From positions 67,828,001-67,892,000 of the forward strand of contig OZ024747.1 in assembly GCA_964016885.1 (NCBI GenBank): a stretch of 64,000 nt of DNA, read 5' to 3'. The notes under the pieces are model-generated. The model did no database searches. It had not been told where the DNA came from and saw only the letters and a list, made by a program, of their open reading frames with translations. The position numbers and the translations under genes were made by a program. The first letter of the stretch is position 1. Each line of letters begins with the position of its first letter. This document shows, piece after piece, positions 1-11,199 of this stretch. This DNA comes from Eledone cirrhosa (Eukaryota).

Positions 1-310
1 TGTACATCCTGGTTTTGCACTGTAATCTGTTTGTTTGTGTTAAAGACATTTCCAGGCAATAATCCGGATATGACGTAACACAGACCCACACAACCACACA
101 TATGGTGATACTCACACATTCACATGTTAACACTCTCTTTCAGGCACACACACGTACGCACACACACACATATATATATATACATATATATATATGTGTG
201 TAGTCTCCTACAAACACATATTGAGATACACACACACACTCACATTCACATACTAACAAATCCTCATGCTCATACTCCATCGTGCGTGTGTGTGTATGTA
301 TGTATGTATG

Positions 311-2735
311 TTTTCTCTTTCTCTTAATTTCGAGTATATTTTTTTGACCGGCCACCTTCTTGGTGGCAAGGTTGTAAAAGAAAAGAAATTGTCATCCCTT
401 GAATCGCAAAAATGTTTTGCAAATTTTGAAGGTGCCAGCTATCGCAGCCATTTGTAGACTATGAATTAGGGAGCTGCGCTTTTTGTCCGCAAATCCAAGT
501 TCAGTCATACTTTGGTCCAAGCGGGTTGGTATATAACCCGTAGCACCAATAATGATGGGTATGAAGCTAAAGGTGTATCTTGGATACTGGATTTGTAAGC
601 TCCTCATCAATGGTCCGTAGATGTCCTCCTTCTCCTGTATTTTTCTGACAACGTTTACATCAAGTGGGCAACTGATCTCCACAACAGAACACGTTTTCAA
701 TGTGTGGTCCCAAGCAACAATATCAGGCCGGTTGTGCTTTAATTTGGTGGCAGTTTTATTTTCAGGTTCCACCAGTATTCCTTAGTGCCATCTGTCTCAA
801 TATATTCTTCCTCGTTTGTTGTTAATTTTGTTTTCCGAAGTGCGTTCCAGATGATTCTAGCTATCCCATCGTGTCTCATGGGGAGGTAGTAGCGAGATGA
901 CATTCTTTCGCAGATAGCAACAATGTGGCTTACATCCTCGATCTTTGTTTTACATAGCCTACATTTATTGTCAGCTGCTGGCCCTCCTCTTTTGTGCAGC
1001 AGATATTTGGTAGGGAGTTCTTGTTCCTGTATTGCATAGAGATATCCCTCAAGGTGTGATGTCATAAACTTGTCGGAACTCCATGCCAGGCTTTTTGAGT
1101 GGTTTATCCCCTCTATGGTCTGTGTTTTACGTCTCAAGTATCCATGCACAACTTTTTCTGTAAATTGGTCAATTTTTTCATCTTGTTTGAACATTGAATA
1201 GGATCTTCCGATTTCTCTGGGTGAGAGATTTATATCAGGCTTTATTCCATATCTCTCCTCCAGATCAGTCGCTATTCTAATGATATTTCTTTTTTCATGG
1301 TCATAAACCTGGGCAAGATGGTTGCCAACCTTTTTCCTCTGTTGAAGGTGTTGCTTCAGTGTTACTATCCGGGTCTCATATGTTGTTAATATTGATTTTA
1401 GACCCCGGCCACCTTCCTTGCGTGAGAAGTATAGCCTATCCACATCACCATTGATGTTAAAGTTCCCAGTAACACTGAGAAGCTTTCGAGTTCTAACATC
1501 CATCTCACTTAGTTCTTGCAATGACCAGTTCAGTAGGCCAAATGTTGGCGTTAGAATTGGCACAGCATAAGTATTGTGGGCAATGTATTTGTTGTATGCT
1601 GACAGTTCTGATGACCAGTTCCGGTTCTCTCTTTATTTATGGGTCCATCATATCTGACATTCTCATCCTGTCCAAGATATCTGTAGTTGTCACCTGACTG
1701 CAGAGGTTGTATTGTCAGGCCATTCATCTCTAGAGTTCTAGAGGAGGGCACAGCTCTTCCACGTTTTACTGCCAAATATGCACACTTGGACTCACCAAAT
1801 TTCATTTTGATGTCGGTTGAAAATTGTGTAATGAGGTCCAATTGTTTCTTGATGTCATTGATATTTGGCCCATACAACTTCAGGTCATCAACAAAGAAAA
1901 GATGGGTGATACTTCTGGGCCCGCTTCTTTGTCCACCTTGTTTCCTGAGTAGGTAAGATAGTGGATTCAGTGAGAGAACGAAGAGTAGCACTGACAAGCT
2001 ATCACCCTGAAAGATGCCCTTCTGGTAATGTATCTTATCAGTCTTAACCTGCTCCTTCTCACCTCTAAGGATCAAACTGGTGTACCAGTTCTTGGTCAGG
2101 CGTTCAACAGCAGCTACCAATGGTTGTGGGACTTTAGCTAACTGTAAAGCCTTAACAATCCACCCATGAGGTACACTATCAAATGCTTTTTGATAGTCCA
2201 GCCACACGACAGTCATGTTTCTGCGATTCTTTGTTGTTTTTTCCTGAATCATTTTGTTAGTTAGTAGGTGATCTATGCAACCCCACACCTCCCTCTTTCC
2301 ACCAGCTTGCTCAGGTGTTATGATGTTGTTGGTAGCACAGTGATCCTGTAAGAACAGGTTAAGGCACCCAGTATATAATTTATACATGATGTTTTGGCAG
2401 GCAATTGGGCGGTAATTTTTAGCAAGGGTGGTTTGGCTATTTTTGGGAATGAGGAGAGTAGAGGCAGTTGATAACCATCTGGGCAGTTCTTGTGTGCCCT
2501 TAATGGTTTCTGTAAACAGCCGTATGAGATCTTGCCGATAGAAAGTGAAATTATTCAACCAGTATCCTGTAATGAGGTCTGGGCCTGGTGATTTCCTATT
2601 CGACATTTTCTGTAGAGCTGTTTCCAGTATTGACCCATCTATGTCATATTGTTTTGTCTGGACATGTTGGCAGTAGTCCTGTTCCAGTTCTTTTAGCCAA
2701 TTAGCTTGTCTGTTGAATCCGTCATCCGTTTCCCA
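311..2735 (-). mobile_element. 5'-truncated R4/Dong-like non-LTR retrotransposon (RT + CCHC + restriction-like endonuclease)
   Basis: RT motifs (KSPGPD, NYRPIAC, WLDYQKAFDSVPH, GIFQGDSLS, HLFFVDDLKLY, YRYLG), CRLC..H..C..RHD zinc knuckle and RLE motif HNRPDIV..EISCP..K..Y. Short 3' UTR with a GCCACC/GGTGGC hairpin. Both ends abut (TATG)n. Confidence 0.9.
392..2735 (-). pseudogene. Frameshifted RT-RLE polyprotein (pieces 1551-2735, 739-~1620, 392-772)
   Basis: Three overlapping ORFs form one RT/thumb/CCHC/RLE protein. Frameshifts at ~1620 and ~760; copy 2 is in frame at the latter (WWNLKIKTATKLKHNRPD). The N-terminus of ORF 1551..2840 is translated microsatellite. Confidence 0.88.
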
Positions 2736-2941
2736 TGTATGTATGTATGTATGTATGTATGTATGTATGTATGTATGTATGTATGTATGTATGTATGTAT
2801 GTATGTATGCACCCATGTATGTATGTATGTATATACGCAAGTAAGTATGTATATATATATGTATGTCTGTATGTATATATGTATATATGTCTGTATGTAT
2901 ATATGTATGTATGTCTGTCTGTATGTATATATGTATGTCTG
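2736..2941. repeat. (TATG)n microsatellite between the two R4/Dong-like copies
   Basis: Directly visible tetranucleotide tract; similar tracts at 4001-4135, 4607-4672 and 5769-5838. Confidence 0.95.
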
Positions 2942-4000
2942 TTATCTCTTTCTCTTAATTTCGAGTATATTCTTTTGACCGGCCACCTTCCTTGTGGCAA
3001 GGTTGTAAAAGAAAAGAAATTGTCATCCCTTGAATCGCAAGAATGTTTTGCAAATTTTGAAGGTGCCAGCTATCGCAGCCATTTGTAGCCTATGAATTAG
3101 GGAGCTGCGCTCTTTGTGCGCAAATCCAAGTTCAGTCATACTTTGGTCCAAGAGGGTTGGTATATAACCCCTAGCTCCAATAATGATGGGTATGAAGCTA
3201 AAGGTGTATCTTGGATACTGGATTTGTAAACTCCTCATCAATGGTCCGTAGATGTCCTCCTTCTCCTGTATTTTTCTGACAACGTTTACATCAAGTGGGC
3301 AGCTGATCTTCACAACAGAACACGTTTTCAATGTGTGGTCCCAAACAACAATATCAGGCCGGTTGTGCTTTAATTTGGTGGCAGTTTTTATTTTCAGGTT
3401 CCACCAGTATTCCTTAGTGCCATCTGTCTCAATATATTCTTCCTCGTTTGTTGTTAATTTTGTTTTCCGAAGTGCGTTCCAGATGGTTCTAGCTATCCCA
3501 TCGTGTCTCATGGGGAGGTAGTAGCGAGATGACATTCTTTCGCAGCTGGCAACAATGTGGCTTACATCCTCGATTTTTGTTTTACATAGCTTACATTTAT
3601 TGTCAGCTGCTGGCCCTCCTCTTTTGTGCAGCAGATATTTGGTAGGGAGTTCTTGTTCCTGTATTGCATAGAGATATCCCTCAAGGTGTGATGTCATAAA
3701 CTTGTCGGAACTCCATGCCAGGCTTTTTGAGTGGTTTATCCCCTCTATGGTCTGTGTTTTACGTCTCAAGTATCCATGCACAACTTTTTCTGTAAATTGG
3801 TCAATTTTTTCATCTTGTTTGAACATTGAATAGGATCTTCCGATTTCTCTGGGTGAGAGATTTATATCAGGCTTTATTCCATATCTCTCCTCCAGATCAG
3901 TCGCTATTCTAATGATATATTTTTTTCATGCTCATAAACCTGGGCAAGATGGTTGCCAACCCTTTTCCTCTGTTGCATGTGTTGCTTCAGTGTTACTATC
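2942..4000 (-). mobile_element. Second, more 5'-truncated copy of the same R4/Dong-like element
   Basis: Highly similar to 311-1370, with the same 3' UTR. The truncation point at 4000 abuts (TATG)n. Confidence 0.92.
3023..3826 (-). CDS. C-terminal CCHC + RLE endonuclease part of the non-LTR element ORF (267 aa, truncated)
   Basis: CKLC..H..C, RHD, HNRPDIVVWD and KIQEKEDIY motifs in one open frame. Confidence 0.8.
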   Translation of the reverse strand: MFKQDEKIDQFTEKVVHGYLRRKTQTIEGINHSKSLAWSSDKFMTSHLEGYLYAIQEQELPTKYLLHKRGGPAADNKCKLCKTKIEDVSHIVASCERMSSRYYLPMRHDGIARTIWNALRKTKLTTNEEEYIETDGTKEYWWNLKIKTATKLKHNRPDIVVWDHTLKTCSVVKISCPLDVNVVRKIQEKEDIYGPLMRSLQIQYPRYTFSFIPIIIGARGYIPTLLDQSMTELGFAHKERSSLIHRLQMAAIAGTFKICKTFLRFKG

Positions 4001-4006
4001 TGTATG

Positions 4007-4040
<34 letters not shown>

Positions 4041-4671
4041 TGTATGTATGTATGTATGTATGTATGTATGTATGTATGTACGCAAGTAAGTATGTATATA
4101 TGTATGTATGTCTGTATGTATATACGTATGTATATATTCCCTGGAGAGATGTTATATCGTGCGATGGCCATACTCGATAATGAAGAGGCAGCCATCATGT
4201 ATGTATGTACGTGTGCATGTGGGGAGACGCTGCTTGGTGGTTATAATGTTCGGCTGACGGTCGTACGGTCGTGTGTTCAATTCCTACTAGAGCGCTAAAC
4301 ACTTTATTTCACGCTGCTTCTGTCCATTCAGTTGGAACAAATTAGTTAACCCTTTAATTCAAAGGGTGAGTCTTGTCACACATTGTTCACGCTCAATATC
4401 ACTGATAAGTAATTTAAGCCCGAGGTGTCGAGAATGATTTGTCATTTGCTCGTTAATTTCATGAGCAAGCTGTTCCGTTGATCAAACAACTGGAATACTC
4501 ATCACCCTAACCGGTGGAGGTCCATTCCATACCTCTATTCAAATGTACGGAGCTCCTCTTCAGTAAATGTTTGAATGCTTTAATTACACTGGTATATAAA
4601 AAAGATTGTATGTATGTATGTATGTATGTATGTATGTATGTATGTATGTATGTATGTATGTATGTATGTAT

Positions 4672-5798
4672 GTTTGGACATCCTGCAGGACTAAAAACAA
4701 AACCTGTCAAAGGGCAAAGGAGCTCTTAAGAGTCAATGGCCATCCAAAATCACCGGGAGAGATGACCCATTAGCCTTTGTCAAGGCAGAATTCTAGGAGA
4801 AGGAAAACTCTGATATAACACCTGCAACTCTGATGGTATCCAATGATGTTGACTTGTTCTTCTTTTTGTTAAATATCATCTTGGTTAAGAGAGTGGGACT
4901 GGCTTTGTGCAGTGCCTTTGCTCACTATAAAAGCTTCACGGCACAGGCATTGCTTTATATCTGGAGATCTCTCTGCACTTGTCGTCACATGGTACCATGG
5001 GCCCAGCAATATGTATCAATAATTGTCACAAGTGCAGTGTTTGTACCAGAGTTTTCAAGTCGCTAGCTGGACTAAAAAGTCACACTCGTTCAGCGCATCA
5101 GTAGGGGTTCTCCTACATGGATATGAAGTAGTGGCCGTACTCGAAAACGAGTTGGCAGCCGCCATGTATGTATGGTGCTACTGGTAACATGTATCCCAGT
5201 ACAACCTGTCTCATGGTCGGGTTGTTGGCGACTAAACTGGCAATCCCACCAAGGTTTCTTGGGGAGGAGGGTGACTTTGGACATCCTTCAGGACTAAAAA
5301 CAAAACCTGTCAAAGGGCAAAGGAGCTCTTAAGAGTTAATGGCCATCCAAAATCACCGGGAGAGATGACCCCTTAGCCTCTGTCAAAGCAGAATTCTAGG
5401 AGAAGGAAGGCTCTGATATAACACCTGCAACTCTGATGGTATCCAATGATGTTGACTTGTTCTTCTTTTTGGTAAATATCATCTTGGTTAAGAGAGTGGG
5501 ACTGGCTTTGTGCAGTGCCTTTGCTCACTATAAAAGCTTCACAGCACAGGCATTGCTTTATATCTAGAGATCTCTCTGCACTTGTCGTCACATGGTACCA
5601 TGGGCCCAGCACTATGTGTCAATAATTGTCACAGGTGTAGTGTTTGTGCCAGAGTTTTCAAGTCGCTGGCTGGACTAAGAAGTCACACTCGTTCAGTGCA
5701 TCGGTAGGAGTTCTCCTACATGGATATAAAGTAGTGGCCGTACTCGAAAAACGAGTTGGCAGCCACCATGTATGTATGTATGTATGTATGTATGTATG

Positions 5799-5832
<34 letters not shown>

Positions 5833-6433
5833 TGTATGTTGGTGCTACTGGTAACATGTATCCCAGTACAACCTGTTTCATGGTCGGGTCGTTGGCGACT
5901 AAACTGGCAACCCCACCAAGGTTTCTTGGTGAGGAGGGTGACTTTGGACATCCTGCAGGACTAAAAACAAAACCTGTCAAAGGGCAAAGGAGCTCTTAAG
6001 AGTCAATGGCCATCCAAAATCACCGGGAAAGATGACCCCTTAGCCTTTGTCAAGGCACAATTCTAGGAGAAGGAAAACTCTGATATAACATCTGCAACGC
6101 TGATGGTATCCAATGATGTTGACTTGTTCTTCTTTTTGGTAAATATCATCTTGGTTAAGAGAGTGGGACTGGCTTTGTGCAGTGCCTTTGCTCACTATAA
6201 AAGTTCACGGCACAGGCATTGCTTTATATCTGGAGATCTCTCTGCACTTGTCGTCACATGGTACCATGGGCCCAGCACTATGTGTCAATAATTGTCACAA
6301 GTGTAGTGTTTGTACCAGAGTTTTCAAGTTGCTGGCTGGACTAAAAAGTCACACTCGTTCAGCGCATCGGTAGGGGTTCTCCTACATGGATATAAAGTAG
6401 TGGCCGTACTCGAAAACGAATTGGCAGCCACCA
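4672..6433 (+). mobile_element. Three tandem copies of a ~595-bp non-autonomous RTE-like retroelement, each ending in (TGTA)n
   Basis: Copies at 4672-5164 (5'-truncated), 5174-5768 and 5841-6433. The 5' part has GTCG..GGCGACTAAA and CTAGGAGAAGGAAAACTCTGA, resembling RTE 5' UTRs. The 3' part encodes a remnant C2H2 finger (CSVCTRVFK..AGLKSHTR) like RTE ORF ends. Confidence 0.65.
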
Positions 6434-6964
6434 TGTATGTATGTATGCATATACGCAAATAAGTATGTATATATGTATGTATGTCTGTATGTATATATAT
6501 GTATGTCCGTAGGTAGGTAGGTGCAAATTAAAAACTAGTTCCATCTTCGATGAAGTTACATAATTGTTAAAAAGAAATAATATAAGAGAGATTTAGAGAT
6601 AGAGGAAGAAGAGGGAGAGAAATAAGACATTAAGAGAGAGGGTGTGGAGGGAGAGTTGAGGAGAGTAGTAAGGTATAGACTGTGGAATGAAGGAGGGTGG
6701 TGGGAAGGAAGAAAAGGAAAAAGGCAATGTGTTTTTTTCGAAACCGTGGGGTCGGGGTGGTATGAGAAGGGGGAAGAGATGGTATAAGAAGGGGAAGATG
6801 AGGAGGGGAAGGATATGCAAAAGAACGAGCCAGAGAAGGGGAGTAGGAAGGGGAGTAGGAAAATGAAGAAACAGTACAGATATAGACATGCATATGTATG
6901 TATATATATATATTATATATAGTATACACACATATATATATATATATGTATGTACATACAAACG

Positions 6965-6998
<34 letters not shown>

Positions 6999-7420
6999 AT
7001 ATATATATCATATATATATAAATTATATATATATATACATACAAACGCACACACACGCACATATATGTATGTATGTGTGTCTGTGTGTGTGTGCGATCGT
7101 GTGTGTGTGTGTGAGTGTGTGTATGCGAGTGTGTGTGTCTGTTTGTGTAAGTGAAAAAGTAGTGAAGAAAGTGACTGAGAAATGGGAAAGAAGGAGACAA
7201 TCACCGAAACGACATATCTCGCCAGCATTCACAACAGCCTCTCACTATTCCTAGCTACGTAAGCATATTACAGGATATGGGAATTTGGTGAAATAAAGTG
7301 AAATATGTTGAGTTCACTGAAAACTTTGTGAGGGCACTGAGTACTTTGTGATACTTTTCTAAATATATGTATACTTTCAATACATAGGTTACGTGCATCT
7401 GTGCATGCTGTGCACATATG

Positions 7421-7469
<49 letters not shown>

Positions 7470-7472
7470 GTG

Positions 7473-7651
7473 TGTATAATGGTAGCTATGGTGCTTCCAG
7501 TGAGAAAATCTGCTCCGAACGAATTGCCTGTGTCCGAAGGAACCTGCAGCCGTAGAATCTGGCTGATTCTACGGCTTCAGGTTCCTTCGGACACAAGCAA
7601 TTCGTTCGGAGCAAATTTTCCCACTGGAAGCACCATAGCTACCATTATACA
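7473..7651. repeat. Near-perfect hairpin (87-bp arms, 5-nt loop) next to (TA)n
   Basis: TGTATAATGGTAGCTATGGTGCTTCCAGTG...GTAGAATC tggct GATTCTAC...CACTGGAAGCACCATAGCTACCATTATACA. Confidence 0.9.
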
Positions 7652-7900
7652 TACAGTGATCATGTCTCGAGCTACCTGCCGGCGAAACAATTGTAACACG
7701 CAAAAAGTGAAATAGCGTAAAAATAAAGGCTTCGTTGGTTTAAGCTATTTTTATAAAGGATGCCACAGAATGTACGATATATAATGATTACAATATTTTT
7801 TAGCAACAACTCTAGTCCCACACTTTTGAAGGTTTATTATAACATTCTGTGGCACTTTTGAGCTTGCGCATTTTTCATGTCTAGTTTATTATGGCTAAGT

Positions 7901-7949
7901 CTTGTTACTCTGGAGTCTCACCTGCATACTTACAGGATCATCAGACAAG
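7901..7949 (-). ncRNA. Type I hammerhead ribozyme motif (GAGA variant)
   Basis: Minus strand: CTTGT-CTGATGA-tCCTG taagtatg CAGGt-GAGA-CTC ca GAG-TA-ACAAG. Same family at 47646-47693. Confidence 0.6.
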
Positions 7950-8050
7950 CTCACCAATAGCCATAATAAATGAATATATTTATATATATCCCAAGGCTCT
8001 AAAACCATCAACACCATAAACACAGAGCTGGCATATCTAAGAACTGACTA

Positions 8051-8106
8051 ACTGCCTGATGAGGTCATAGCCATTCAATAGCTATCATCGAAATATATAT
8101 AGCAGT
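8051..8106 (+). ncRNA. Type I hammerhead ribozyme motif with palindromic minimal stem III
   Basis: ACTGC-CTGATGA-ggtcATAGC..GCTATcatc-GAAA-TATATA-TA-GCAGT. Confidence 0.7.
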
Positions 8107-8476
8107 AAATAAAGGATTATGAGTTCATGCAATTGACTTATGTTTCGTCACTATATATATTTGTATTAATCTCCAGAGTCTAGCTATTGACCAGTTAATT
8201 TTCTTGATTCTTTTAGTTAATTCTATTGACTGATTAATAGCTCTTGTTAATTTTAAAACCATTCTGTTGAGAGCTTAATTCGTTTTGTGATATTTTGCAA
8301 TTCTGCAATAACACACATACTGAATTCATCCGCCAAAACTAAGGGTGCCCCCCTTGTCAAGCCCACGTGGGTTTTGATAACGGTCAGTCCTTGGCACTGA
8401 ACTAAAAGCCTGTTGAGAAAGTGACTTCCTTGTTCGATCATCATACCAAAAGCTTAACATTATTTGTCTAAGCAGA

Positions 8477-8662
8477 TTGGTGGTGGATTGGCAGTATCGG
8501 TAGAGAGTCGGACGCCATGCTTTCCAGCATAGTTACGTCCCTTTACGATCTGAGTTCAAATCCTGCCGAGGTTGACTTTGCCTTTCATCCTTACGGGGTC
8601 GATAAAATAAAGTACCAGTAATGCACTGGGTAATTGCTGGCCTTGTGCCTAAAGTAGAAACA
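8477..8662 (+). mobile_element. tRNA-derived SINE, family A, with 18-bp TSD
   Basis: A/B boxes (TGGCAGTATCGG, GAGTTCAAATCC) and core TTTGCCTTTCATCCTTACGGGGTCGATAAA. TSD ATTATTTGTCTAAGCAGA at 8459-8476 and 8663-8680. Confidence 0.88.
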
Positions 8663-8957
8663 ATTATTTGTCTAAGCAGACAGTACTTGATTTAGGAGTT
8701 GCAGAAACCCCATGCTGGATATTACCAACCTTCCAGGGGTCCGGGTATTATTTTCAATCATATTTTATGTGTTTGACCCGAATTACTTGGTCGTTTCTAT
8801 GGTAGTGTGGATAATGGTTTAACCATCGTCTCGGTGTTTGGCCTTTTAACTTATGTTGTTGCTCTAGTTCACTAGCTTCTATGGAGCGCTTGCCACACAT
8901 CGCGGAAGTTGTTTTTCGCTAATTTCCAATAGCCGAAATACGATTCTCGCTAATTTA

Positions 8958-9030
<73 letters not shown>

Positions 9031-9355
9031 AACAAGGTTAGAGGAATACTGCGTGGTTGCACATGGGTTACATATTATAAAATTAGTCCCTCATCAGTGA
9101 TTTGCCAACCATCATTGGTATTTCATCGAATTAAAAATCAGATACCTCAGGTTGGTGCGAGCAATAACTAAAATAAGCTATTGGGACAAGTGAGTCGCGT
9201 AAAGCGAGTGAGACAAGTAAACAACATAGAAGGATAAAAGCAAACCGAAGATAGGAAAAATGTGTGTGTGTGTTTATGTTGGGTTCAATCGGGGGTAACC
9301 ACAGTAAGTAAGGTACTCAATACAAAGCAGAGTATAAATATTTAATATAGAAAAG

Positions 9356-9450
9356 AGCTTCTACAGGATTAAAACTGTTTCATTCGTGAGAAATCATCAG
9401 GAACTTCCTGATGATTTCTCACGAATGGAACAGTTCTAGTCCTGTGGAAG

Positions 9451-9452
<2 letters not shown>
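9356..9452. ncRNA. Back-to-back pair of hammerhead motifs forming a hairpin
   Basis: Minus: TTC-CTGATGA-tTTCtcacGAAt-GAAA-CAG ttttaatc CTG-TA-GAAGC. The plus copy has GGAA and TG changes. Same family rearranged at 13594-13915. Confidence 0.65.
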
Positions 9453-9539
<87 letters not shown>

Positions 9540-9564
9540 ATATATATATATATATATATATATA

Positions 9565-9617
<53 letters not shown>

Positions 9618-9696
9618 ATATATATATATATATCTATATATATATATATATCTATATATATATATATATCTATATATATATATATATATATATATA

Positions 9697-9729
<33 letters not shown>

Positions 9730-9754
9730 ATATATATATATATATATATATATA

Positions 9755-9833
<79 letters not shown>

Positions 9834-9856
9834 ATATATATATATATATATATATA

Positions 9857-9904
<48 letters not shown>

Positions 9905-9956
9905 TTTATATATATATATATATCAGATATATATATATATATCAGAGATATATATT

Positions 9957-10744
9957 GAGTTAGAAACTCAAAATAGTCTCTTAAAATTAAATAGCTCAAA
10001 GAAAGAGGTTTTTCTGAGGCGTGTAATATAATAATATAATTGAATATAAAAGAAAGATAAACACGGATTTAAACATATATGTGTTCAAATCGTAAAGGAC
10101 CAGATTCGCTAGGGTGAAAATACTAACTGTTAATAATAGGATTTGCCAGACTCAATTTAAAATAATAAATCAAGAAAAAAAATACAAACCGATATTGAGC
10201 AACTGACATCCAGACAGCATTTGGTATGGCTGTTTCGCAATTTTAGCTGAGGGAATTACCAAATTCTTTGCTCATCAGTGGGTGTAAAATTAGTAGATCC
10301 TTCACTTCTAAGTATCTGAGAAGACTGAATAGTGTGCGAATATAAAATAACGCACATGGCATCAGAACCTAGCGTGTCACGTAAACGTACGCTACTAAAA
10401 ATAGCAGCCAAGTTTACACGACATTTAAATTAGCTCACCAAAATTGAAGGAGCCGACTATATCAAAGGTATATATCGAGTTACAAACTCAAGAGTCTCTT
10501 ACAATTAAATAGCTCAAAGAAAGAGGTTTTTCTGAGCCGTGTGATATAATTGAATATAAAAGAAAGATATAAAAGATATAAAATAAAGATATAAAAGATA
10601 TAAACGAAAGATATAAAATAAAAGAAAGATAAACACAGATATAAACATATATGTGTTCAAATCAAATCTCACCCTAGCGAATCTGGTCCCTTACGATTTG
10701 AACACATATATGTTTATATCTGTGTTTATCTTTCTTTTATATTC

Positions 10745-10750
<6 letters not shown>
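9957..10750 (-). mobile_element. Non-coding Penelope-pLTR-like element: ~1.3 tandem units (period ~520 bp) plus inverted segment, in (TA)n
   Basis: Direct repeat starts at 9957 and 10477; 10669-10750 is the inverse of ~10035-10117. Flanked by (TA)n on both sides and contains an HHR. Confidence 0.75.
10207..10284 (-). ncRNA. Type I hammerhead ribozyme with complete stem III
   Basis: CACCCA-CTGATGA-GCAA...TTGC-GAAA-CAGC cataccaaat GCTG-TC-TGGATG (GUC cleavage triplet). Confidence 0.8.
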
Positions 10751-10808
<58 letters not shown>

Positions 10809-10908
10809 TATGTGTTGGTTGTTTACCGACACCTCAGTATGCAGGTTGGAGCACTCGATGAAGTACGCAGGTTGGTTTGTTTACTCCGTAGTAATGTAAA
10901 ATAAGTAA

Positions 10909-11198
10909 GTCAAACATGTTTGGCTTCGTTTATTATAAATTCTCTGCTATCTATATTTCAGTGTCAATTCATCGATATGTCCAGAATCATATGATTCCAG
11001 TTCCGCGGAGGACTAACAGCACACCCAGGAGCTGGACATATCGATGAATTGACAGAGTGGAACACATTTCAACACCATGTTTACCTGTTCTTTTTACATT
11101 AATTCGTACTGTCTGATGAGGTCACACCCAATAATAGCTGTTACTGAAATATAGCAGAGAATTTATAATGAACGAAGTCAAATTTAACATGTTTGACA
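10909..11198 (+). mobile_element. Fold-back element with HHR motif at 11109-11157
   Basis: 10909-10984 is an internally deleted inverse of 11032-11198. HHR: CTGT-CTGATGA-ggtcaca..tgttact-GAAA-TA-TA-GCAG; same family as 8051. Confidence 0.65.
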
Positions 11199-11199
11199 T

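Noticed and set aside
6182-6373. Host C2H2 zinc-finger gene
   Set aside because: Single finger inside a triplicated retroelement unit, with frames broken differently in each copy.
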